Part shown: positions 35,419 to 41,330 of the stretch, piece after piece
Layout: each line of letters starts with the position of its first letter
Numbering within the stretch: position 1 is the stretch's first letter
Notes under the pieces: model-generated
The model's database searches: none
The model's input: the letters and a program-made list of their open reading frames with translations, nothing else
What the model was told of the DNA's origin: nothing
Translations under genes and position numbers: made by a program
From: an uncultured Lachnospiraceae bacterium
GTDB lineage: Bacteria > Bacillota > Clostridia > Lachnospirales > Lachnospiraceae
DNA: 41,330 nucleotides
Direction of reading: 5' to 3'
Assembly: GCA_902797785.1 (NCBI GenBank)
Contig: CADBUD010000076.1
Span: forward strand, 1 to 41,330

Positions 35419-35478
35419 TGAGGGAGAGAGAAGAATCTGGTTGTTATTTCCAGAGCAGTATGGTAGACTGGAACTATT

Positions 35479-35500
35479 CCGGCTGCTATTCACAGCCAAT
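35479..35500 (+). repeat. copy of the dispersed motif (CCGGCTGCTATTCACAGCCAAT) 18 nt upstream of the SDR start
   Basis: Contains the exact 12-mer CTATTCACAGCC. GGCTG (35481-35485) / CAGCC (35493-35497) form a 5-bp hairpin with CTATTCA in the loop. Matches the reverse complement of 30474-30493 at 20 of 22 positions. Confidence 0.75.
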
Positions 35501-35517
35501 ATACGAGGTGAAATACA

Positions 35518-36222
35518 ATGAAGCCATGCGCAGTTCTAACAGGAGCATCTTCAGGAATTGGAGAGGCCATAGGAAATATGTTATGTGAAGAAAACTATGA
35601 AGTATATGGATTTGGCAGAGATTTTTCGGATTGCCGGGTAGAGTCACCAAATTTCTTCCACAGGATCAAAGGTGATCTTTTAGATACGCCATGGCTGTTG
35701 GAGCAGGTGAAGAGAATCCAAAAGGATCAAAAGATTTCCCTTCTTATAAACAATGCCGGTGTGGGATATTATGGACTTCATGAGGAATTGAACACGAAAA
35801 AGATTCAGGAAATGGTACGGACGAATCTGGAGGTTCCCATGATTTTGACTCAGCTGCTCTTACGCAGGTTAAAGCAGGAAAAGGGAACCATCATCAATAT
35901 CAGCTCCGTAACAGCCCAAAAAGAGAATCCGCATGGATGTGCTTATGGGGCGACAAAAGCAGGACTTTTCAGCTTTTCCCGAAGCCTGTTTGAAGAAGCG
36001 AGAAAATACGGAGTCAAAGTCGTCGATCTACAGCCGGATATGACAAAGACAAAGTTATATCGAAATGCGGATTTTGGGGAAGGCAAGGAGGAGGCAAGTT
36101 ATCTTTTGCCGGAAGATGTAGCAGAGGCAGTCCGGTTCATCCTACAGCAAAAAGATCGTTTGGCAGTGACGCACATGACCCTGCGTCCGCAGCTTCACAG
36201 AATACAAAAGAAAAAAGAATAA
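35518..36222 (+). CDS. short-chain dehydrogenase/reductase (SDR) family oxidoreductase
   Basis: 234 aa with GAGGTG RBS. Motifs TGASSGIG (cofactor), NNAG and the catalytic YGATKAG. Confidence 0.85.
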   Translation: MKPCAVLTGASSGIGEAIGNMLCEENYEVYGFGRDFSDCRVESPNFFHRIKGDLLDTPWLLEQVKRIQKDQKISLLINNAGVGYYGLHEELNTKKIQEMVRTNLEVPMILTQLLLRRLKQEKGTIINISSVTAQKENPHGCAYGATKAGLFSFSRSLFEEARKYGVKVVDLQPDMTKTKLYRNADFGEGKEEASYLLPEDVAEAVRFILQQKDRLAVTHMTLRPQLHRIQKKKE

Positions 36223-36357
36223 AAAGATGAATCTCGGAAATACTAGGATTATCATCATGAGGGAAAAGAAGCTTTTCATGGGAATTTATGAAAACGTTTC
36301 GAAGGCATGATGTTTTGGTATGAACCAAGAAAATCATAGGAAATGGAGAGATCAATC

Positions 36358-36534
36358 ATGAAAAATGTAAAGAACAGTACTACAGATTGCGCAAAAAACA
36401 AATCACAGAACCAGCAGACAACATCAAGCAGCTCAGATTGCTTTCATAATTCTACGAAGAGCAGCAAAAAGCGTTCCCGCACCCAGGAATCCAATTGTGC
36501 TAAAAATGTGCAGGGCGGGGACTTTTATCAGTAA
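36358..36534 (+). CDS. 58-aa hydrophilic hypothetical protein with three (D/N)C(A/F)(K/H)N motifs
   Basis: ATG at 36358 with GGAGAG 7 nt upstream. Product MKNVKNSTTDCAKNKSQNQQTTSSSSDCFHNSTKSSKKRSRTQESNCAKNVQGGDFYQ. No hydrophobic segment; rich in S/T/N/K/Q. Coding status is not proven. Confidence 0.4.
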   Translation: MKNVKNSTTDCAKNKSQNQQTTSSSSDCFHNSTKSSKKRSRTQESNCAKNVQGGDFYQ

Positions 36535-36641
36535 AAAGAGCTAAGAGAAAAGGAATTTTTCAAAGGACGCAAAAAACAGGAAACAAAAGATAAGAGTTGT
36601 CATAAGATATTATGCAGACAGTTGTTTGCGGACAAAATCAG

Positions 36642-36687
36642 GGAGCCGTCACACCGGAGTCAAACAGCGTGCGATGGCTCCTTTTTG
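36642..36687 (+). terminator. Rho-independent terminator / attenuator abutting the rhodanese RBS
   Basis: GGAGCCGTC-A-CAC (36642-36654) pairs with GTG-C-GATGGCTCC (36669-36681) around a 14-nt loop, followed by TTTTTGT. The rhodanese RBS (AAGAGGTGG) starts about 8 nt later. Confidence 0.6.
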
Positions 36688-36708
36688 TATAGAAAGAGGT
36701 GGTGGCAT

Positions 36709-37011
36709 ATGAGTTTTATTACCATACCCTATCGTGAATTGGAAAAATACCGCAGCCGGACAGGAAGTATTCTGATCGATGTGCGGTCAAGAGAGGAATT
36801 TCAAAAAAATCATATCCGAGGAGCAAAAAATATTCCTTGTGAACAGCTTGAAAAATATCTTAAACAGCTTAGGAAATACTCCTTGATCATTTTCGTCTGT
36901 GAACGGGGAGCAAGAAGTATGCAGGCAGCGCGCAGCTGTGATGCGATTGGCATGAAATGTGTTTCTGTCGCAGGAGGAATGAACGCGATTGTAAATACGG
37001 AACTGGATTAA
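36709..37011 (+). CDS. single-domain rhodanese-like sulfurtransferase
   Basis: 100 aa starting at the ATG at 36709. Has LIDVRSREEFQKNHIRGAKNIP and the active-site loop CERGARS. The ORF-track start at 36622 runs through the terminator hairpin and is rejected. Confidence 0.8.
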   Translation: MSFITIPYRELEKYRSRTGSILIDVRSREEFQKNHIRGAKNIPCEQLEKYLKQLRKYSLIIFVCERGARSMQAARSCDAIGMKCVSVAGGMNAIVNTELD

Positions 37012-37043
37012 TAGTAACAAATAGTAACAACAAATAGTAACAA
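37010..37043 (+). repeat. 3 x tandem AATAGTAACA(A) direct repeat
   Basis: Copies at 37010-37019, 37020-37029 and 37033-37042 (periods 10 and 13). The array starts inside the rhodanese stop codon and ends 12 nt before the -35 of the next promoter. It shares the AATAGTAAC core with the dispersed motif. Confidence 0.85.
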
Positions 37044-37054
37044 AAAATCATATA

Positions 37055-37083
37055 TTTACAAATATCCACAGATTTGTTATACT
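37055..37083 (+). promoter_or_regulatory. sigma-A promoter of the ACT / UPF0210 operon
   Basis: TTTACA (37055-37060), 17 nt, TGtTATACT (37075-37083). The hexamers are identical to those of the rpsO promoter. Confidence 0.55.
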
Positions 37084-37194
37084 CGTTAATGAAAACCATG
37101 CCGGTTTTCGTTCATGAGTATATACTGATTAACGAAACGGAAAGAAAGGTATGACTATTATCCTGTGGGAAAGAAGAAAGGAAGAAATACATCC

Positions 37195-37467
37195 ATGAAT
37201 AAAACAATCATAACCGTTATCGGAAAAGACAATGTTGGCATCATCGCCAAGATCTGTACCTATCTGGCCAATAATCACATCAATATTTTAGATATCAATC
37301 AGACCATTGTACAGGATTATTTTAATATGATGATGATTGTAGATCTGGAGCAGTCAGCGAAAGCATTTCAGGACTGTGCCAATGAGCTTTCACAGATTGG
37401 TGATGAGATTGGCGTGACGATTCGCTGCCAGAGAGAAGAGATTTTTAATATGATGCACCGGATTTAA
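37195..37467 (+). CDS. ACT domain-containing protein (UPF0237 family)
   Basis: 90 aa starting at the ATG at 37195. MNKTIITVIGKDNVGIIAKICTYLANNHINILDINQTIV is typical of the small ACT protein found upstream of UPF0210 genes. Confidence 0.8.
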   Translation: MNKTIITVIGKDNVGIIAKICTYLANNHINILDINQTIVQDYFNMMMIVDLEQSAKAFQDCANELSQIGDEIGVTIRCQREEIFNMMHRI

Positions 37468-37555
37468 CGAAGCGGAAAAATGAGAATAGATAAAACAGAG
37501 CAGGATTTCTTAGGACCTCTAAGGAACAAAAGGAATCTGTGACCGGGAGAAAAAT

Positions 37556-38920
37556 ATGATTACAAATTTTGAAGTCAATGAAACAAATAAAATGATCGAT
37601 CAGGAAAACCTGGATGTGCGTACGATCACACTGGGAATCAGTCTGTTTGATTGTATGGATTCTGATCTGGATCGTTTGAACAAAAAAATATACGAAAAGA
37701 TTACCACAACAGCAAAGGATCTGGTAAAAACCGGAAAAGAGATAGAAGCGATGTATTCTATCCCAATCGTCAACAAACGGATTTCCGTTACTCCGATTGG
37801 GACCATTGGCGCATCGGCCTGCAAAACGCCGGAAGACTATGTTACGATTGCAGAGACCCTGGATCGGGCAGCCCTGACAACAGGAGTAAATTTTATCGGC
37901 GGATATTCAGCCATTGTATCCAAGGGAATGACACAGAATGAAAAAAATCTGATTCGATCCATTCCCAAGGCGCTTTCTAAGACGGAGCGTGTGTGCAGCT
38001 CCATCAATGTTGGTTCTACGAAATGCGGAATCAATATGGATGCCGTAAAGCTGATGGGAGAAATCATCAAAGAAACAGCAGAAGAGTCTAAGAATCAGGA
38101 TTGCTTGGGTTGTGCAAAGCTGGTCGTTTTCTGCAATGCGCCAGATGATAATCCGTTCATGGCAGGTGCCTTCCATGGAATCAGCGAAGCTGATGCTGTG
38201 ATCAATGTCGGCGTCAGTGGACCGGGAGTCGTAAAGACTGCATTAGAAGAAGTACGGGGGAAGGATTTTGAAGTCCTGTGTGAGACGATTAAAAAAACAG
38301 CGTTCAAGATCACACGTGTCGGTCAGCTTGTAGCAAAAGAGGCATCAAAACGTCTTCAGATTCCATTTGGCATTATCGACCTTTCTCTGGCTCCGACACC
38401 GGCAGTGGGAGATAGTGTGGCAGGTATTCTCCAGGAAATCGGACTGGAATATGCAGGAGCTCCGGGAACGACGGCAGCGCTGGCACTTCTCAATGATCAG
38501 GTGAAAAAGGGAGGCGTCATGGCATCCTCTTATGTCGGTGGGCTTAGCGGAGCCTTCATACCGGTCAGTGAGGATCAGGGCATGATCGACAGTGTAAATG
38601 CCGGGGCGCTGACTCTGGAGAAGCTGGAAGCAATGACCTGTGTCTGCTCGGTGGGACTGGATATGATCGCGATTCCGGGAGACACGACACCTGCGACAAT
38701 CTCAGGAATCATTGCAGATGAAATGGCAATCGGTATGGTAAATCAAAAGACAACGGCGGTTCGTCTGATTCCGGTCATTGGAAAAGGTGTCGGAGAAACC
38801 GTAGAGTTTGGCGGATTATTAGGATATGCTCCGATCATGAGCGTTAATTCGGCAGATTGCAGTGCATTTGTCAATCGGGGCGGACGGATTCCGGCACCGA
38901 TTCATAGCTTTAAAAATTAA
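37556..38920 (+). CDS. UPF0210 / DUF711 (PFL-like) family protein
   Basis: 454 aa with GGGAGA RBS. The conserved N-terminus ...[16 protein letters not shown] and the overall length match the UPF0210 family. Paired with the ACT gene. Confidence 0.85.
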   Translation: MITNFEVNETNKMIDQENLDVRTITLGISLFDCMDSDLDRLNKKIYEKITTTAKDLVKTGKEIEAMYSIPIVNKRISVTPIGTIGASACKTPEDYVTIAETLDRAALTTGVNFIGGYSAIVSKGMTQNEKNLIRSIPKALSKTERVCSSINVGSTKCGINMDAVKLMGEIIKETAEESKNQDCLGCAKLVVFCNAPDDNPFMAGAFHGISEADAVINVGVSGPGVVKTALEEVRGKDFEVLCETIKKTAFKITRVGQLVAKEASKRLQIPFGIIDLSLAPTPAVGDSVAGILQEIGLEYAGAPGTTAALALLNDQVKKGGVMASSYVGGLSGAFIPVSEDQGMIDSVNAGALTLEKLEAMTCVCSVGLDMIAIPGDTTPATISGIIADEMAIGMVNQKTTAVRLIPVIGKGVGETVEFGGLLGYAPIMSVNSADCSAFVNRGGRIPAPIHSFKN

Positions 38921-38940
38921 AGATTCCAAGGACAAAACAG

Positions 38941-40194
38941 ATGATACCATATGATTATGATCTTGCTGTCATCGGAGCGGGCGCAGCCGGGATGATGGCA
39001 GCAGTAACAGCTGCGAGAAAAAAGGCAAACGTTCTGCTTTTAGAAAAAAATGACCGGGTCGGGAAAAAACTCTTATCGACCGGAAATGGAAAATGTAATT
39101 TTACAAATCGCAGTCAGGACATTTCCTGTTATCATACAGAATGTCCTGATTTTCTTCCTGTGGTGCTTTCAAATTTTACGATGGAAGATACCCTTCGTTT
39201 TTTCGAAAGCATTGGGATTTCCCCTTACGAAAAAAATGGGTATTTTTATCCTCGGAGCGAACAGGCAGCTTCTGTTTCGGAGGCTTTTTTTATCGAATTA
39301 AAGCATCTGGGAGTTACGATTCTGACTGGACAGAAAAACTGCGAAATAAAAAAACAGGACCTGGGATTTTTGATCTGTTCAGGAAAAAAGAAGTGGAAGG
39401 TAAACAAGGTCATTCTGGCTTGTGGTTCAAAAGCATCGAGAATTTCCGGATCCGATGGCAGCGGCTATCTGCTGGCAGAGCGCTTTGGTCATACAATTCT
39501 TCCGGTAGTTCCTGCATTGGCAGCCCTTCATACCCGGAATGAAGCAATAAAAAATATTGCCGGAGTACGGTGTCAGGGACGAATCACGCTGCTTGCCTTA
39601 CCAGCACGGGGAAAGGAGCAGACACTGGCAAAAGCAGAGGGAGAGCTGCAGTTTACCAAATATGGAATTTCCGGTATCCCGGTGTTTCAAGTCAGCAGAT
39701 TTGCTTCCTATGCATTGAGAAAGCAGCAAAAAGTAACCGCGGAACTGGATTTCTTTCCGGAGTATTCGGTGGAGGAATGGGAGCAGTATATCCATCAAAG
39801 AAAAAAGAATCTAAAGGAACGGAGAAGTGAGGAATTATTTTTGGGACTTCTGCCGGAAAAGTTGAATTTCTTTTTGATGGAGCAGGCAGGGATTTTGCCA
39901 AAGCAGAAGGAATCAGAGAGGTCAGGCATTGATTGGCAGACATGGTGTCGCAGGATGAAACAGTTCCGGCTTCCGATTTCCGGGGTAAATTCCTTTGAAG
40001 AAGCACAGGTCTGTGCCGGGGGAGTCGATCTTAGGGAGCTTTCATCCCAGATGGAATCAAAAAAGGTGAAAGGACTGTATTTTGCAGGAGAAATGGTGGA
40101 CGTAGACGGAAATTGCGGAGGATATAACCTGCAGTGGGCCTGGTCAAGCGGATATGTGGCTGGAAATGCAGCGGCAGGCGATGGAGACACTTAA
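38941..40194 (+). CDS. HI0933/BaiN-like NAD(P)/FAD-dependent oxidoreductase
   Basis: 417 aa with the dinucleotide fold DLAVIGAGAAGMMAA...LLEKNDRVGKKLLSTGNGKCN and the C-terminal GLYFAGEMVDVDGNCGGYNLQWAWSSG signature of the HI0933-like family. Confidence 0.85.
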   Translation: MIPYDYDLAVIGAGAAGMMAAVTAARKKANVLLLEKNDRVGKKLLSTGNGKCNFTNRSQDISCYHTECPDFLPVVLSNFTMEDTLRFFESIGISPYEKNGYFYPRSEQAASVSEAFFIELKHLGVTILTGQKNCEIKKQDLGFLICSGKKKWKVNKVILACGSKASRISGSDGSGYLLAERFGHTILPVVPALAALHTRNEAIKNIAGVRCQGRITLLALPARGKEQTLAKAEGELQFTKYGISGIPVFQVSRFASYALRKQQKVTAELDFFPEYSVEEWEQYIHQRKKNLKERRSEELFLGLLPEKLNFFLMEQAGILPKQKESERSGIDWQTWCRRMKQFRLPISGVNSFEEAQVCAGGVDLRELSSQMESKKVKGLYFAGEMVDVDGNCGGYNLQWAWSSGYVAGNAAAGDGDT

Positions 40195-40200
40195 AAAGAC

Positions 40201-40247
40201 GCGCCGAGATGATACATTTTGTATCACTTCGTGCGCATCATTTTTTA
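40201..40247 (+). terminator. Rho-independent terminator after the flavoprotein gene
   Basis: GCGCCGAGATGATAC (40201-40215) pairs, with one bulge and one mismatch, with GTATCACTTCGTGCGC (40221-40236). ATCA and then TTTTTT follow. Confidence 0.7.
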
Positions 40248-40302
40248 TTCATGCACAAAAACGCGATAGGAAGGGCGTTTTCAGCACCTTGCGTTTGGCG
40301 CA

Positions 40303-40335
40303 ATAGGAAACGAATAAATTCGTTTCCTATAAGTT
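40303..40335. repeat. 33-nt hairpin repeat, copy 2 (first copy at 13022-13054)
   Basis: ATAGGAAACGAAT-AAATTC-GTTTCCTATAAGTT. Here the arms extend to a 13-nt perfect palindrome (ATAGGAAACGAAT / ATTCGTTTCCTAT). The element overlaps the stop codon of the minus-strand gene. Confidence 0.8.
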
Positions 40336-41128
40336 ATTCTTCGGAAAAAATGTTTTCATATAACTCATCACAAAATTCATCCAAAAGCTCTGTTCGAAGA
40401 TCGGGAAATTTATGATGAATCATTGCTTTCATGTGGTCGATCCTTTTAAAATATCTGGCTTCTGTTTCTTCACTGAAAATGCCGGGAATGGAATGATCAA
40501 TCTCATCGGCATGCAGATGTTCGGCGCACCAGCTGCGGCACTGCTCCATCAGATCATTTTCCGATTGAGCCAACGGTTCTAAGACCTTGATTTTGGATGC
40601 ACTGACAGCACCATAAACAATAGAAGCAATACAGATCACCAGTAAAAGCCAGAGTGAAAGTGTAGAGAGCGGAAGAGAAAGAATCCCCAAAAGAGAGAGA
40701 ATAGCAAATCCCAAGCCTAAAATCCCAACAGATAAAAACGTCACAGCAGCAGATTTGGCATCCTCATATTGCTCCGACATACTTTTTTTCGAAAGACCGG
40801 AGGAAGGAATCGAATCCTCAGAAAAATCATGAATATCACCGGTATTTTCCAAAAGAAAGGAATTCAATAATTTCTTTGAACGATCCAGCTGGTTTTCGGG
40901 AACAAGAATCTCCATTGCCTCTTGATCCGGGCTTTCTGACATGGTGTAGTCATGAACCTGATTCTCTTTTAAAAATTCCATGAACCGCAGAGAGAGGGAT
41001 GTATCCTCCATTCTGGTAAGAACGACCATCGGAATCATAGCGGAATCATCTAAAAGCTCGATATGACAGTCGGGACAGAGCTTTTCTTCATCAGAAAAGG
41101 TCTTTTTGCAGTTTGGACAGTAAGCCAT
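40334..41128 (-). CDS. hypothetical zinc-ribbon / DUF2007-like membrane protein
   Basis: 264 aa with AAAGGAG RBS. N-terminal CPNC...CPDC zinc ribbon, then a small alpha/beta module (MVVLTRMEDTSLSLRFMEFLKEN...), two TM helices (AAVTFLSVGILGLGFAILSLLGIL; LSLWLLLVICIASIVYGAV) and a helical acidic C-terminus. Confidence 0.6.
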   Translation of the reverse strand: MAYCPNCKKTFSDEEKLCPDCHIELLDDSAMIPMVVLTRMEDTSLSLRFMEFLKENQVHDYTMSESPDQEAMEILVPENQLDRSKKLLNSFLLENTGDIHDFSEDSIPSSGLSKKSMSEQYEDAKSAAVTFLSVGILGLGFAILSLLGILSLPLSTLSLWLLLVICIASIVYGAVSASKIKVLEPLAQSENDLMEQCRSWCAEHLHADEIDHSIPGIFSEETEARYFKRIDHMKAMIHHKFPDLRTELLDEFCDELYENIFSEE

Positions 41129-41185
41129 GGCAGTGCTCCTTTCATTGTTCGTCTAAAGCTATAGTAAACGCACTTATATAGTTCC

Positions 41186-41214
41186 ATTATAGCTTTTTTT
41201 ATTACATATAGCAA
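41186..41214 (-). promoter_or_regulatory. candidate sigma-A promoter of the zinc-ribbon gene
   Basis: On the minus strand: TTGCTA (41214-41209), 17 nt, TATAAT (41191-41186). Confidence 0.4.
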
Positions 41215-41244
41215 GTAGGAAAAGGGAGAAGAAAGGAAAAAAGA

Positions 41245-41259
41245 GTTACTATTCACAGC
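41245..41259 (+). repeat. exact copy of the dispersed 15-mer GTTACTATTCACAGC
   Basis: Identical to 2938-2952 and to the reverse complement of 31279-31293. Followed by a 9-bp hairpin, TTTTCAAGC / GCTTGAAAA (41277-41301). Confidence 0.85.
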
Positions 41260-41330
41260 CACTATCCCGCAAGGTATTTTCAAGCGCATTTTGCTTGAAA
41301 ATCCGAGGCAGCAGTGCGCCAAATACGACC

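Noticed and set aside
31279-35497. 4.2-kb cassette (LRR protein + PBP) as a mobile or integrated element bounded by an 11-bp inverted repeat
   Set aside because: There is no integrase, transposase or recombinase, and no target-site duplication. The bounding motif occurs at many other spacers in the window, so the pairing may be incidental. It is kept only as a note in the findings.
36289-36302. cre-like sequence TGAAAACGTTTCGA upstream of the small ORF
   Set aside because: There are two mismatches in the conserved right arm (the consensus ends in WCA). It is a single occurrence with no carbohydrate genes nearby, so it is too weak to call.
36358-36534. Small Cys-containing ORF as a RiPP precursor (sactipeptide/ranthipeptide/lanthipeptide)
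   Set aside because: No radical-SAM, LanB/C/M, YcaO, peptidase or ABC-exporter gene lies nearby. The peptide is long and highly polar throughout, with no leader/core organisation.
37062-37070. DnaA-box-like ATATCCACA within the spacer of the ACT-operon promoter
   Set aside because: It is a single 8/9 match with no cluster of boxes, no AT-rich unwinding element arrangement, and no dnaA or dnaN nearby.
41155-41200. Terminator-like hairpin AAAGCTATA...TATAGCTTT followed by a T-run on the + strand
   Set aside because: There is no + strand gene upstream to terminate. The 3' arm contains the TATAAT -10 of the minus-strand promoter, so the apparent structure is most likely a by-product of promoter sequence.

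Overview
41.3-kb chromosomal segment of an endospore-forming Firmicute. Gene order and protein sequences look Clostridia, Lachnospiraceae-like, but that is inference only. Roughly 91-92% is coding, almost all on the + strand.

Content in order:
- a ParA/MinD-like ORF with a degenerate P-loop
- a CNNM/CorC-HlyC membrane protein (-)
- the conserved rimP-nusA-ylxR-ylxQ-infB-rbfA-nrnA-truB-ribF block, followed by a Na/Pi cotransporter
- an SH3b-NlpC/P60 cell-wall hydrolase behind a consensus promoter and a ~190-nt structured leader
- rpsO-pnp
- a 2269-aa secreted protein built from ~24 tandem MBG/YDG-like adhesin repeats plus a C-terminal FN3 domain
- the complete spoIIIAA-AH sporulation operon
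- holA, then rpsT (-)
- a 906-aa secreted protein with Listeria-Bacteroides (Flg_new) repeats and BspA-type LRRs
- a PBP5-type DD-carboxypeptidase, an SDR, a 58-aa Cys-motif protein and a single-domain rhodanese
- the ACT (UPF0237) + UPF0210/DUF711 pair, an HI0933/BaiN-like flavoprotein and a zinc-ribbon membrane protein (-)

I see no rRNA/tRNA genes, CRISPR arrays, transposases/integrases, toxin-antitoxin genes or recognisable defence genes. I also see no convincing novel multi-gene system; this is mostly housekeeping and sporulation DNA.

The least-explained signals are non-coding:
- a dispersed intergenic motif family (GTTACTATTCACAGC / TTCACAGCC / AATAGTAAC), often embedded in hairpins
- a 33-nt hairpin present at two distant loci
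- tandem 10-11-nt repeats upstream of two promoters
- several structured leaders (rimP, NlpC/P60, rpsO, rhodanese, ACT operon)

All calls come from reading the sequence and the ORF translations. No database search was possible.
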